Positions 18,611-27,459 of a stretch of 32,000 nucleotides of DNA are shown one piece after another. The stretch's first letter is position 1. Every line of letters starts with the position of its first letter. The position numbers were made by a program, and so were the translations under genes. Location of the stretch: the NCBI RefSeq assembly GCF_000406145.1, contig NZ_CM001976.1, positions 1,580,239 through 1,612,238 on the forward strand. The letters run 5' to 3'. Origin of the DNA: Dickeya dadantii NCPPB 898 (lineage in GTDB: Bacteria; Pseudomonadota; Gammaproteobacteria; Enterobacterales; Enterobacteriaceae). The notes beneath the pieces were generated by a model, which searched no databases, had not been told where the DNA came from, and was given only the letters and a program-made list of their open reading frames with translations.

Positions 18611-19182
18611 CGCTACTGGCAGGATTTTCCCATCCCTGGCGCGATGCGCAGTACGCGTTTCGCCGCATTCTGAAAGCGATGAGCGAACCGGGCGTGGTGG
18701 TGTCGCTGAATCATGATATCGGCTGGGACGGACTCTCGCCGTCCGCCACCGCGGTGGCGCTGACGCTGATGGACCGCGAAACGCCGCTGTGGCTGGACCC
18801 GGCCTTGTCGCAGGAGACATTGCTGACCAATCTGCGCTTTCACACCGGCGTGAAGCTGGTGGAGCGCGAGGCGGCGGCGTTCGCGCTGTTGCCGATCAGC
18901 CGGGAACTGTCGCTGGATGGTTTTGCCGCCGGCGACGAGATGGCACCGGAAAACGGCGTCACGCTGGTGCTGGAAGTGCCCGCGCTGGGCGGCGGACGCG
19001 CATTGCGCCTGACCGGGCCGGGGATTGCCGAAGCGCGCATGATTGCGCCGCAGTTGCCCGCCAGCGTACTGGATTATCTGGAACAGCGCCCGCACCCGTT
19101 TCCCGCCGGGCTGGACTTCATGTTTACCTGCGGCGGCACGCTGATGGCGTTGCCGCGCACCACGCATGTGGAGGTGTGCTGA
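18607..19182 (+). CDS. phnH: C-P lyase core complex subunit PhnH
   Basis: ...DAQYAFRRILKAMSEPGVVV...LRLTGPGIAEARMIAPQLP...RPHPFPAGLDFMFTCG..LMALPRTTHVEVC matches E. coli PhnH. It has an ATGA overlap with phnG. Confidence 0.93.
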   Translation: MTLLAGFSHPWRDAQYAFRRILKAMSEPGVVVSLNHDIGWDGLSPSATAVALTLMDRETPLWLDPALSQETLLTNLRFHTGVKLVEREAAAFALLPISRELSLDGFAAGDEMAPENGVTLVLEVPALGGGRALRLTGPGIAEARMIAPQLPASVLDYLEQRPHPFPAGLDFMFTCGGTLMALPRTTHVEVC

Positions 19183-20273
19183 TGTATGTCGCGGTGAAAG
19201 GGGGCGAAAAAGCCATTGAGGCCGCTCATCAGTTACAGGCCAACCTGCGGCGCGGCGACACCCGGCTTCCAGAGGTGCAGGCGGCGCAGATTGAACAGCA
19301 ACTGGGGCTGGCGGTGGATCGGGTAATGACCGAGGGCGGTATTTACGACCGGGAACTGGCGGCGCTGGCGATCAAACAGGCCAGCGGCGACCTGGTGGAG
19401 GCGATTTTTCTGCTGCGCGCCTATCGCACCACGCTGCCCCGGCTGGCGGACAGCCTGCCGCTGGATACCGGGCGGATGCAACTGGAGCGGCGTATTTCGG
19501 CGGTGTACAAGGACCTGCCCGGCGGACAGGTGCTCGGCCCTACTTATGACTATACCCACCGGCTGCTGGATTTTGTCCTGCTGGCGGAAGGTGAGCCGCC
19601 GCTCGCGCCCAGGGCGGAAGAACCGCTGGCGGACCACTGCCCGCACATGTTCACCATGATGACGGCGGAAGGGTTGGCGGCGGCCGAACGGGACGACGGC
19701 AGCGAGCCGCTGGATATCACCCGCGATCCGCCCGCCTACCCGATGCCGCGCAGCGCCCGGTTACAGCAACTGGCGCGCGGCGACGAAGGGTTTCTGCTGG
19801 CGCTGGGCTACTCCACCCAGCGTGGTTACGGCCGTACCCATCCGTTCGCCGGCGAGATCCGCACCGGTTACGTCACGGTGGAAATCGAACCGGAAGAACT
19901 GGGCTTTGCGCTGGAAATAGGCGACATCCTGTTGACCGAATGCGAGATGGTCAACGGTTTTACCGTGCCGGAGGAGGAGCCGCCGCATTTCACCCGCGGC
20001 TACGGGCTGGTATTCGGCCGTGCCGAACGCAAGGCGATGGCGATGGCGCTGGTGGACCGGGCGTTGCAGGCGCCGGCCTATCAGGAGCCGGTCGGCAGCC
20101 CGGCGCAGGACGAAGAGTTTGTGCTGTCGCACGCGGACAACGTGGAGGCCGCCGGTTTCGTCTCCCATCTCAAGTTGCCGCATTACGTCGACTTTCAGGC
20201 CGAGCTGGCGCTGCTGCGCCAGTTGCGCCAGTCACCGCAGGAGGAGCGCGATGAACACGCTGAGCGGATATAA
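19182..20273 (+). CDS. phnI: C-P lyase core complex subunit PhnI
   Basis: It starts at MYVAVKGGEKAIEAAHQL... (TGATG overlap with phnH). The upstream part of the 494-aa ORF is overlap with phnH, not coding. Confidence 0.92.
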   Translation: MYVAVKGGEKAIEAAHQLQANLRRGDTRLPEVQAAQIEQQLGLAVDRVMTEGGIYDRELAALAIKQASGDLVEAIFLLRAYRTTLPRLADSLPLDTGRMQLERRISAVYKDLPGGQVLGPTYDYTHRLLDFVLLAEGEPPLAPRAEEPLADHCPHMFTMMTAEGLAAAERDDGSEPLDITRDPPAYPMPRSARLQQLARGDEGFLLALGYSTQRGYGRTHPFAGEIRTGYVTVEIEPEELGFALEIGDILLTECEMVNGFTVPEEEPPHFTRGYGLVFGRAERKAMAMALVDRALQAPAYQEPVGSPAQDEEFVLSHADNVEAAGFVSHLKLPHYVDFQAELALLRQLRQSPQEERDEHAERI

Positions 20274-21105
20274 CCCCGGTTATCTGGATGAACAGAGTAA
20301 ACGTACGATTCGGCGTGCCATCCTCAAAGCGGTGGCGATCCCCGGCTATCAGGTGCCGTTTGGCGGGCGGGAAATGCCGATGCCCTACGGCTGGGGTACC
20401 GGCGGCATCCAACTGACCGCCAGCCTGATCGGCGATGACGATGTGCTGAAAGTCATCGATCAGGGCGCCGACGACACCACCAACGCGGTATCGATCCGCC
20501 GCTTCTTTCAGCGGGTCAGCGAAGCGGCCACCACGGAACGCACGGTGGAAGCCACGCTAATTCAGACCCGGCACCGCATCCCGGAAACGCCGCTGTGCGA
20601 AGACCAGATCCTGATTTACCAGGTGCCGATCCCCGAACCGCTGCGTTTTATCGAACCGCGCGAGACGGAAACGCGCAAAATGCACGCGCTGGAGGAGTAC
20701 GGCATCATGCAGGTGAAGCTGTATGAAGACATCGCCCGCTTCGGCCACATTGCCACCACCTACGCGTACCCGGTGAAAGTGAACGGTCGCTACATTATGG
20801 ACCCGTCGCCGATCCCGAAATTCGACAACCCGAAAATGCACCAGATGCCGGCGCTGCAACTGTTCGGCGCCGGGCGCGAGAAGCGTATTTACGCGCTACC
20901 GCCCTATACCAACGTGGAAAGCCTCGATTTTGACGACCACCCGTTCAGCGTTCAGCGCTGGGAGCAGCCCTGCGCGCTGTGCGGTTCGCACGACAGCTAC
21001 CTCGACGAGGTGGTGATGGACGATCAGGGCACCCGCCTGTACGTCTGTTCCGATACCGATTATTGCCGCGAGCGTCAGGAGGCTGGGCACCATGAATCAC
21101 ATTGA
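20251..21105 (+). CDS. phnJ: Alpha-D-ribose 1-methylphosphonate 5-phosphate C-P lyase PhnJ (radical SAM)
   Basis: MNTLSGYNPGYLDEQSKRTIRRAILKAVAIPGYQVPFGGREMPMPYGWGTGG..., with a C-terminal Cys cluster CALCGS...VCSDTDYC. GGAGGAG precedes ATG 20251. Confidence 0.93.
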   Translation: MNTLSGYNPGYLDEQSKRTIRRAILKAVAIPGYQVPFGGREMPMPYGWGTGGIQLTASLIGDDDVLKVIDQGADDTTNAVSIRRFFQRVSEAATTERTVEATLIQTRHRIPETPLCEDQILIYQVPIPEPLRFIEPRETETRKMHALEEYGIMQVKLYEDIARFGHIATTYAYPVKVNGRYIMDPSPIPKFDNPKMHQMPALQLFGAGREKRIYALPPYTNVESLDFDDHPFSVQRWEQPCALCGSHDSYLDEVVMDDQGTRLYVCSDTDYCRERQEAGHHESH

Positions 21106-21919
21106 TCAGGCTGGTGTGGATCAGGTTGTTGTGGATCAGGCCGTCGTACCGGTTGGCGGTGACGCTGAAACACCGCTGTTGCAGGTGCGCAATTTGACCC
21201 ACCTGTACGCGCCCGGTAAGGGCTTCAGCGAGGTGTCGTTCGATCTCTATCCCGGCGAAGTGCTGGGGATTGTCGGCGAGTCCGGTTCCGGCAAAACCAC
21301 GTTGCTGCGGGCGATATCCGCCCGGCTGACGCCGCAGGCCGGGCAGATTGATTACCAGGGCCGCTCGCTGTACGCCATGAGCGAAAGCGATCGTCGCCGC
21401 CTGCTGCGCACCGAGTGGGGCGTGGTGCACCAGCATCCGCTGGATGGCTTGCGCCCCCGCGTATCGGCGGGCGGCAACATCGGCGAACGGCTGATGGCGG
21501 TCGGTGGGCGTCACTACGGCGATATTCGCCGTCAGGCCGGGCAGTGGTTGCAGGATGTGGAGATCCCGCTGTCGCGGCTTGATGACCTGCCGACCACCTT
21601 TTCCGGCGGGATGCAGCAGCGGTTGCAGATCGCCCGCAATCTGGTCACCCATCCGAAGCTGGTGTTCATGGATGAGCCGACCGGCGGGCTGGATGTGTCG
21701 GTGCAGGCGCGGTTGCTGGATCTGCTGCGCACGCTGGTGCGCGACCTTGGGCTGGCGGTGGTGATTGTTACCCATGACCTCGGCGTGGCGCGTCTGCTGG
21801 CGCACCGGCTGCTGGTGATGCGCGAGGGCAGGGTAGTGGAAAGCGGCCTGACCGACCGGGTGCTGGATGATCCTCATCATCCTTACACCCAGTTGCTGGT
21901 GTCGTCGGTACTGGGATAA
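21092..21919 (+). CDS. phnK: PhnK, ABC-type ATPase subunit of the C-P lyase system, with a repeat-containing N-terminal extension
   Basis: LQVRNLTHLYAPGKGFSEVSFDLYPGEVLGIVGESGSGKTTLL...LSGGMQQRLQIARNL...DDPHHPYTQLLVSSVL matches E. coli PhnK. AGGAGG lies 9 nt upstream of ATG 21092. About 20 extra N-terminal residues include the VDQxxV repeats. Confidence 0.9.
   Translation: MNHIDQAGVDQVVVDQAVVPVGGDAETPLLQVRNLTHLYAPGKGFSEVSFDLYPGEVLGIVGESGSGKTTLLRAISARLTPQAGQIDYQGRSLYAMSESDRRRLLRTEWGVVHQHPLDGLRPRVSAGGNIGERLMAVGGRHYGDIRRQAGQWLQDVEIPLSRLDDLPTTFSGGMQQRLQIARNLVTHPKLVFMDEPTGGLDVSVQARLLDLLRTLVRDLGLAVVIVTHDLGVARLLAHRLLVMREGRVVESGLTDRVLDDPHHPYTQLLVSSVLG
21104..21148 (+). repeat. 3 x 15-bp in-frame tandem repeat (GATCAGGYYGKYGTR) at the phnJ stop / phnK 5' end
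   Basis: The units are GATCAGGCTGGTGTG, GATCAGGTTGTTGTG and GATCAGGCCGTCGTA. Each carries a GATC, and the first overlaps the phnJ TGA (21103-21105). Confidence 0.85.
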
Positions 21920-21943
21920 GCGCGACTGACGATAGGGTGAACT

Positions 21944-22666
21944 ATGACAACCGAAGGCACGGCCATGACAATTCTGCGTGTGGAAAATCTGAGTAAAACC
22001 TTTGTACTACACAACCAGCACGCCGCCCGGCTGCCGGTGTTGCATCAGGCCAGCCTGACGGTGGCGGCCGGCGAATGCGTGGTGCTGCACGGCCATTCCG
22101 GCAGCGGCAAGTCCACGCTGTTGCGTTCGCTGTACGCCAACTACCAGCCGGATAGCGGCCGGGTGTGGATGCGTCATCGTAATACGTGGGTGGATCTGGT
22201 CACCGCCCCGGCCCGGCAGGTGCTGGCGGTGCGGCGCGATACTATCGGCTGGGTCAGCCAGTTTCTGCGGGTGATCCCGCGTATTCCGACGCTGGAAGTG
22301 GTGATGCAGCCGTTGCTGGAGCGCGGCGAAGACCGGGCGGTATGCGAAGCGCGCGCCAGCGAACTGCTGACCCGGCTCAACGTTCCGCGTCGCTTGTGGA
22401 CGCTGGCGCCCGCCACTTTCTCCGGCGGCGAGCAGCAGCGGGTCAACATCGCCCGCGGGTTTATCGCCGACTATCCGTTGCTGCTGCTGGACGAGCCGAC
22501 CGCCTCGCTGGATGCCGCCAACCGCGAGGCGGTGGTGGGGCTGATTGAGGAAGCCCGCTCGCGCGGCGCGGCGGTAGTCGGTATTTTCCACGATGCGGAG
22601 GTGCGCGCCCGTGTGGCGGACCGCCTGCATCACATGGCACCCGTAACGCAGGAGCTCACGTCATGA
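21944..22666 (+). CDS. phnL: PhnL, ABC-type ATPase of the C-P lyase system
   Basis: [53 protein letters not shown]...[15 protein letters not shown] matches E. coli PhnL. The start could instead be ATG 21965. Confidence 0.9.
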   Translation: MTTEGTAMTILRVENLSKTFVLHNQHAARLPVLHQASLTVAAGECVVLHGHSGSGKSTLLRSLYANYQPDSGRVWMRHRNTWVDLVTAPARQVLAVRRDTIGWVSQFLRVIPRIPTLEVVMQPLLERGEDRAVCEARASELLTRLNVPRRLWTLAPATFSGGEQQRVNIARGFIADYPLLLLDEPTASLDAANREAVVGLIEEARSRGAAVVGIFHDAEVRARVADRLHHMAPVTQELTS

Positions 22667-23832
22667 GCGCGGCTACTCAGATCATCAATACGACCCGGAT
22701 CATCAATAATGTGCAGTTGGTGTTGCAGGATGAAGTCGTCAGCGGGTCGCTGGCCTGGCGCGACGGCGTGATCGAGGCGTTTTCTTCCACGCCCAGCCAA
22801 CTGCCGCAGGCGCTGGACGGCGAAGGCGGCTGGCTGCTGCCGGGGCTGGTGGAACTGCATACCGACAACCTGGACAAGTTTTTTATGCCGCGCCCGAAAG
22901 TCGACTGGCCGGCCCATTCGGCGATGAGCAGCCACGATGCGCTGATTGTTTCCAGCGGTATCACCACGGTGTTGGATGCGGTGGCGATAGGCGATGTGCG
23001 CGACGGCGGCCACCGGCTCGACAACCTGCGGCGGATGATTGACGCCGTGATTCACAGCCAGCAACTGGGGGTGAACCGGGCGCAGCATCTGCTACACCTG
23101 CGTTGTGAATTGCCGCACGACAGCACCTTGCCGTTATTTGAAGCGTTGATGGACACCCCGGAAGTGGCGCTGGTATCACTGATGGACCACTCGCCGGGGC
23201 AACGGCAGTTCGCCACGCCGGAAAAATACCGCGAGTATTATCAGGGCAAGTACCGCCTGAACAATGCTGAGATGGATGCCTTTGAAACCGAACAGCGAAT
23301 GCTATCCGAACGCTGGTCGACGCCGAACCGGCTGGCGATTGCCGCCCACTGCCGCGAGCGCGGCATCGCGCTGGCCAGCCACGACGACGCCACCGCGGCG
23401 CACGTGGATGAATCGCTGGCGCTGGGCAGCGTGATTGCCGAATTTCCCACCACCGAGATGGCGGCGCAGGCGTCGCACGCCAGCGGTATGAAGGTACTGA
23501 TGGGCGCGCCCAACATCGTGCGCGGCGGTTCCCACTCCGGCAACGTGGCGGCGTCCCATCTGGCGGAGCAAGGGCTGCTGGATATTCTGTCATCCGACTA
23601 TTACCCCGCCAGCTTGCTGGATGCGGCGTTTCGTCTGGCGGCGGATGAGCATAATCCGTTTACCTTGCCGCAGACGGTGGCGATGGTGAGCGCTAATCCG
23701 GCGCAGTCGGTCGGGTTAAGCGATCGGGGGCGGATTGCCGACGGGCTGCGCGCCGATTTGGTGCTGGCGCACCACTCCCACGGTCAGGTGCGGATTCGTC
23801 AGGTGTGGGCGCAGGGGCGGCAGGTGTTCTGA
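22663..23832 (+). CDS. phnM: PhnM, alpha-D-ribose 1-methylphosphonate 5-triphosphate diphosphatase (amidohydrolase fold)
   Basis: The 389-aa protein shows [11 protein letters not shown]..., ...[12 protein letters not shown]... and ASHDD. It has an ATGA overlap with phnL and sits in the conserved position. Confidence 0.92.
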   Translation: MSAATQIINTTRIINNVQLVLQDEVVSGSLAWRDGVIEAFSSTPSQLPQALDGEGGWLLPGLVELHTDNLDKFFMPRPKVDWPAHSAMSSHDALIVSSGITTVLDAVAIGDVRDGGHRLDNLRRMIDAVIHSQQLGVNRAQHLLHLRCELPHDSTLPLFEALMDTPEVALVSLMDHSPGQRQFATPEKYREYYQGKYRLNNAEMDAFETEQRMLSERWSTPNRLAIAAHCRERGIALASHDDATAAHVDESLALGSVIAEFPTTEMAAQASHASGMKVLMGAPNIVRGGSHSGNVAASHLAEQGLLDILSSDYYPASLLDAAFRLAADEHNPFTLPQTVAMVSANPAQSVGLSDRGRIADGLRADLVLAHHSHGQVRIRQVWAQGRQVF

Positions 23833-24392
23833 TGGCGCGGTTAATCTGGCTGACCGGCGCGTCCGGCTCCGGCAAAGATTCCCTGCTGGATGCGCTGCGG
23901 CAGACGAATCCGGCGCGGCTGCTGGTGGCGCACCGTTATATCACTCGCCCGGCGCAGGCCGGCGGCGAAAACCATATTGCGCTGAGCGACGCGGAGTTTG
24001 CGTACCGCCGCGAGTGCGGCCTGTTCGCCCTGCACTGGCAGGCGCATCAGTATCAGTACGGCATCGGCGTTGAAATCGACCTGTGGCTGTCCGCCGGGCT
24101 GGATGTGGTAATCAACGGCTCCCGCTCTCACCACCCGCAGGCGCAACAGCGCTATGGCGACCGCTTATTGCCGGTGTGTCTGCAGGTGTCGCCGGCGGTG
24201 CTGGCGCAGCGGCTGCGTCAGCGCGGGCGGGAAGATGAAGAACAGATCGCGCAGCGATTGCAGCGGGCCAGCGCGATGCCGGTTCCGGCGGCGTGCCGAC
24301 TGCTGAATAACGATGGTTCGCTGGCGCAAACGCTGCAGGCGTTTCACGCCCTGCTGGCGGCTGAAAAACGAGAGGCTGAAAAATGGAAGTGA
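23832..24392 (+). CDS. phnN: PhnN, ribose 1,5-bisphosphate phosphokinase
   Basis: [22 protein letters not shown]...LLVAHRYITR...ENHIALS...GVEIDLWL.AG.DVVINGSR matches E. coli PhnN. It has a TGATG overlap with phnM. Confidence 0.9.
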   Translation: MARLIWLTGASGSGKDSLLDALRQTNPARLLVAHRYITRPAQAGGENHIALSDAEFAYRRECGLFALHWQAHQYQYGIGVEIDLWLSAGLDVVINGSRSHHPQAQQRYGDRLLPVCLQVSPAVLAQRLRQRGREDEEQIAQRLQRASAMPVPAACRLLNNDGSLAQTLQAFHALLAAEKREAEKWK

Positions 24393-24410
24393 CGTTATGG
24401 AGCTAATGTT

Positions 24411-25160
24411 ATGGAACTGATGTTTATGGGCACCGGCGACGCGCAGCAGGTGCCGCTGACCGGTTGCGACTGCATCGCTTGCGAGCGCGCCCGGCTGGAC
24501 CCGCGTTTTCAGCGCGGACCGAGCAGCATGCTGGTGCGGTGCGACGGCGAGGCGACGCTGCTGGACGCCGGCGTGACCCAACTGGAGCAGCGCTTTGGCG
24601 TTAACGAGATTCGCCGCATTCTGCTGACGCACTACCATGTCGACCATGTGCAGGGGCTGTTTTCGCTGCGCTGGGGCATCGGCGACCGTATTCCGGTGTT
24701 CGGCCCGCCGGATGAACAAGGATGCGACGATCTGTACAAGCATCCGCGTCGGCTTGATTTTCAGCCGGCGATGACGCCGTTTCAGACGGTAGCGATGGGG
24801 GCGCTGCGGGTCACGGCGCTGCCGCTCAATCATTCCAAACCCACCTTCGGCTATCTGCTGGAACATGGCGGGCAGAGCGTGGCCTACCTGACCGACACCT
24901 GCGGTTTGCCGGACGATACGTTGGATTTCCTGCGCGGCAAACCGCTCGACCATATGGTGATGGACTGCACCCAGCCGCCGCGAGATCGGCCGCCGCTCAA
25001 CCACAGCGACCTCAACACCGTGCTGCGGGTGCGCGAACAACTGCGGCCGACGCAGACCTGGCTGACCCACGTCAGCCATGAAACCGACGCCTGGCTGATG
25101 CAAAACGACCTGCCGGACGGGGTGCGCGCCGCGGCCGATGGGGCATGGATCGTTATGTAA
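24411..25160 (+). CDS. phnP: PhnP, phosphoribosyl 1,2-cyclic phosphate phosphodiesterase (metallo-beta-lactamase fold)
   Basis: MELMFMGTGDAQQVP..GCDC.AC..AR...LLTHYHVDHVQGLF.LRWG.GD.IPV.GPPDEQGCDDL.KHP...PLNHSK.TFGYLLE matches E. coli PhnP. There are three in-frame ATGs in the first six codons (24411, 24420, 24426). Confidence 0.9.
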   Translation: MELMFMGTGDAQQVPLTGCDCIACERARLDPRFQRGPSSMLVRCDGEATLLDAGVTQLEQRFGVNEIRRILLTHYHVDHVQGLFSLRWGIGDRIPVFGPPDEQGCDDLYKHPRRLDFQPAMTPFQTVAMGALRVTALPLNHSKPTFGYLLEHGGQSVAYLTDTCGLPDDTLDFLRGKPLDHMVMDCTQPPRDRPPLNHSDLNTVLRVREQLRPTQTWLTHVSHETDAWLMQNDLPDGVRAAADGAWIVM

Positions 25161-25225
25161 TGCGCAAAACCGAATCTCAATTCGATCAGTGTATTCAGCG
25201 GGGGCTCATCGGTTCTCCACCATCG

Positions 25226-25311
25226 CTACCACGCAAGTGATACAAACATGCAAGTGATACAAACATGCAAGTGATACAAACACGCAAGTGATACAAACGC
25301 CTGCGTGGTAG
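25226..25311. repeat. 4 x 17-bp tandem repeat (GCAAGTGATACAAACAY) enclosed by a perfect 10-bp inverted repeat
   Basis: Units lie at 25233-25249, 25250-25266, 25267-25283 and 25284-25300. The inverted-repeat arms are CTACCACGCA (25226-25235) and TGCGTGGTAG (25302-25311). Confidence 0.9.
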
Positions 25312-25322
25312 TGGCGTTTTTT
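25296..25322 (+). terminator. Candidate terminator of the phnF-P operon
   Basis: AACGCC (25296-25301) / GGCGTT (25313-25318) has an 11-nt loop and runs into T6. The stem is short, hence the moderate confidence. Confidence 0.45.
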
Positions 25323-25356
25323 GATTGAAAAGAATCACGCCGATGAGAAAGAAAAA

Positions 25357-26241
25357 CTAGACGGCGGCACCAGAGCGTACTGCCACATTGTTCAGTATCG
25401 TCATGACTTCCTCTGGTAGTTTGATATTGATGGCCGCGAGATTCTCCCGAAGATGCATAACGGATGAGGTGCCAGGAATCAATGTGATGTTCGGTGAACG
25501 CCGCAGCAGCCATGCAAGTGCTAACTGCATGGGCGTGATACCGAGGCGTTGGGCCTCATTGGACAGAATAGACGACTGCAACGGATTGAAGCCGCCAAGC
25601 GGGAAAAACGGAACGTAGGCGATGCCTGCCGCGGCCAGCGCATCAATCAGCTCATCATCGGTACGATGCGCCAGATTGTAGTGGTTTTGGACACAGACGA
25701 TTGCGCAGATTTTTTGTCCTTGCGCCACCTGAGAGGCCGTGACATTACTCAGCCCAATATGGCGGATAAGACCTTGCTGCTGAAGCTCGGCCAACGTAGT
25801 AAGTTGAGCCTCAATCGACCCTTCCATCGGCGCGTGCGGGTTGGTCATTACCCGAAAGTTAACCACATCAAGCACATCCAGCCCGAGATCACGCAGGTTA
25901 TCGTGCACCGCCTGGGTCAACTCTCTGGGGGATGACGCGTCGAACCATGAACCGTCCTTGCTTCGCCCGACGCCAACCTTGGTGGCGATGACCAGATCGT
26001 CGGAGTAAGGGGCCAGCGCTTCGCGGATCAACCGGTTAGTCACATGGGGACCATAGCAATCGGCGGTGTCGATGTGGTTCACCCCTAATGCAACCGCTTC
26101 GCGCAACACCGCCAGTACGGCATTTTTGTCCTTCGGCGGGCCGAAGACGCCGGGACCCGCCAACCGCATTGTCCCGTAACCTAACCGTTTGATGGTGTAG
26201 CTGCCGAGGGTAACTGTATCTAATGTATTGATAGTTGACAT
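25357..26241 (-). CDS. Aldo/keto reductase
   Basis: ...YTIKRLGYGTMRLAGPG.FGPP.D....AVLREAVALGVNHIDTADCYGP...IATKVG......GLSNV... are typical AKR motifs. Confidence 0.88.
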   Translation of the reverse strand: MSTINTLDTVTLGSYTIKRLGYGTMRLAGPGVFGPPKDKNAVLAVLREAVALGVNHIDTADCYGPHVTNRLIREALAPYSDDLVIATKVGVGRSKDGSWFDASSPRELTQAVHDNLRDLGLDVLDVVNFRVMTNPHAPMEGSIEAQLTTLAELQQQGLIRHIGLSNVTASQVAQGQKICAIVCVQNHYNLAHRTDDELIDALAAAGIAYVPFFPLGGFNPLQSSILSNEAQRLGITPMQLALAWLLRRSPNITLIPGTSSVMHLRENLAAINIKLPEEVMTILNNVAVRSGAAV

Positions 26242-26343
26242 GGCCTTTCTCCTTCAGATGAGCAAGGCGACACTATAGCGGTTGTTGATATTGACGATAA
26301 TTCAGTACAATTGGTACGGGCTGTGCAATATTGCGAACAATAA

Positions 26344-27264
26344 ATGAATATCGATTTAAAAGATCTGGAAGCCTTCGTGGCGGTGGCGCGTGCCGGCGGT
26401 TTTCGTGACGCCGCCCGAGCGAATGGCGTCAGCGCGTCAGGGTTGAGTGAGGCGGTACGCCGCCTTGAAACGCAACTGGCGATCAGGTTATTGCATCGTA
26501 CGACGCGTAGCGTTGCGCCGACGGAGGCGGGCCAGAGTTTATTGGCGCGGCTGGAGCCCGCGTTGACCGAAGTCGAAAATGCGCTTGATGTGGTGAACGG
26601 TTTTCGCGATAGGCCAACGGGGACGCTGAGACTGAATGTCCCCGTCAGTGCCGCCAGACTGGTGTTGCCGGGCCTGATCGCTCCATTTCTTGCCGCGTAT
26701 CCTGATATCAAACTTGAGGTGGTCGTAGAGGAAAGCTTTGTCGATATGCTGGCCGCAGGATGCGATGCGGGTATTCGTTACGGCGAGCGACTGGAGCAGG
26801 ATATGATCGCCGTGCCCATTGGGCCTCGCTCGCAACGCCTGGCGATAGCGGCGTCTCCCGCTTACTTTGCACGCTGTGGCCGCCCGGCGCACCCGCGAGA
26901 TCTGGTCGGGCATGCTTGTCTGCGTGGTCGTTTTCCCAGCGGGACGATGCCGCTGTGGGAGTTTGAGCGTAATGGCGAGGTGGTGCAGGTGGATCCTGCG
27001 GGGCCGCTGGTGGTGCAGATCGGTGGTGGTACCGATCTTCTTATCGATGTAGCGATTGCAGGCGTCGGTATTGTCTATCTGTTTGAGGACTGGCTACGCC
27101 CACATCTGGAAAACGGTACGCTGGAGCCTGCGCTTGAGCCCTGGTGGCAACGCTTCCCGGGGCCATTTCTTTATTATCCCGGTCACCGTCTTATCCCAAC
27201 GCCGCTCAGAGCCTTTATCGATTTTATCAAAGCCTCGACTGTGCCTGTCGTTTCTGACAGATAA
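26344..27264 (+). CDS. LysR-family transcriptional regulator, divergent from the AKR gene
   Basis: It has the N-terminal HTH MNIDLKDLEAFVAVARAGGFRDAARANGVSASGLSEAVRRLETQLAIRLLHRTTRSVAPTEAG and a LysR substrate-binding domain. Confidence 0.9.
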   Translation: MNIDLKDLEAFVAVARAGGFRDAARANGVSASGLSEAVRRLETQLAIRLLHRTTRSVAPTEAGQSLLARLEPALTEVENALDVVNGFRDRPTGTLRLNVPVSAARLVLPGLIAPFLAAYPDIKLEVVVEESFVDMLAAGCDAGIRYGERLEQDMIAVPIGPRSQRLAIAASPAYFARCGRPAHPRDLVGHACLRGRFPSGTMPLWEFERNGEVVQVDPAGPLVVQIGGGTDLLIDVAIAGVGIVYLFEDWLRPHLENGTLEPALEPWWQRFPGPFLYYPGHRLIPTPLRAFIDFIKASTVPVVSDR

Positions 27265-27281
27265 TGTTTCTGACAGATAAC
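27250..27281. repeat. 2 x 16-bp tandem repeat spanning the LysR stop codon
   Basis: GTTTCTGACAGATAAT is followed by GTTTCTGACAGATAAC. The LysR TAA is at 27262-27264, inside unit 1. Confidence 0.85.
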
Positions 27282-27377
27282 GCGTCCTTACGCCTTTGGC
27301 TTGGGTCGTAGTCGGACGTTATAGGGTTTCTCTCACCGAAAGTATGCCGGTGATGGCATGCCGTGAAGTTCATTTTT

Positions 27378-27406
27378 TAATCATAAAGCTGTCATCAGGT
27401 ATTCAT
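27378..27406 (+). promoter_or_regulatory. Candidate Pho box array upstream of phnC
   Basis: Three 7-bp direct repeats sit at 11-bp phasing: TAATCAT-aaag-CTGTCAT-cagg-TATTCAT (consensus half-site CTGTCAT). TTAATA (27418-27423) lies 11 nt downstream as a possible -10. Confidence 0.45.
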
Positions 27407-27459
27407 CTGCGCTGCGCTTAATAGCCTCCATATTGTTGACTAAACGATGACGAAAATTC

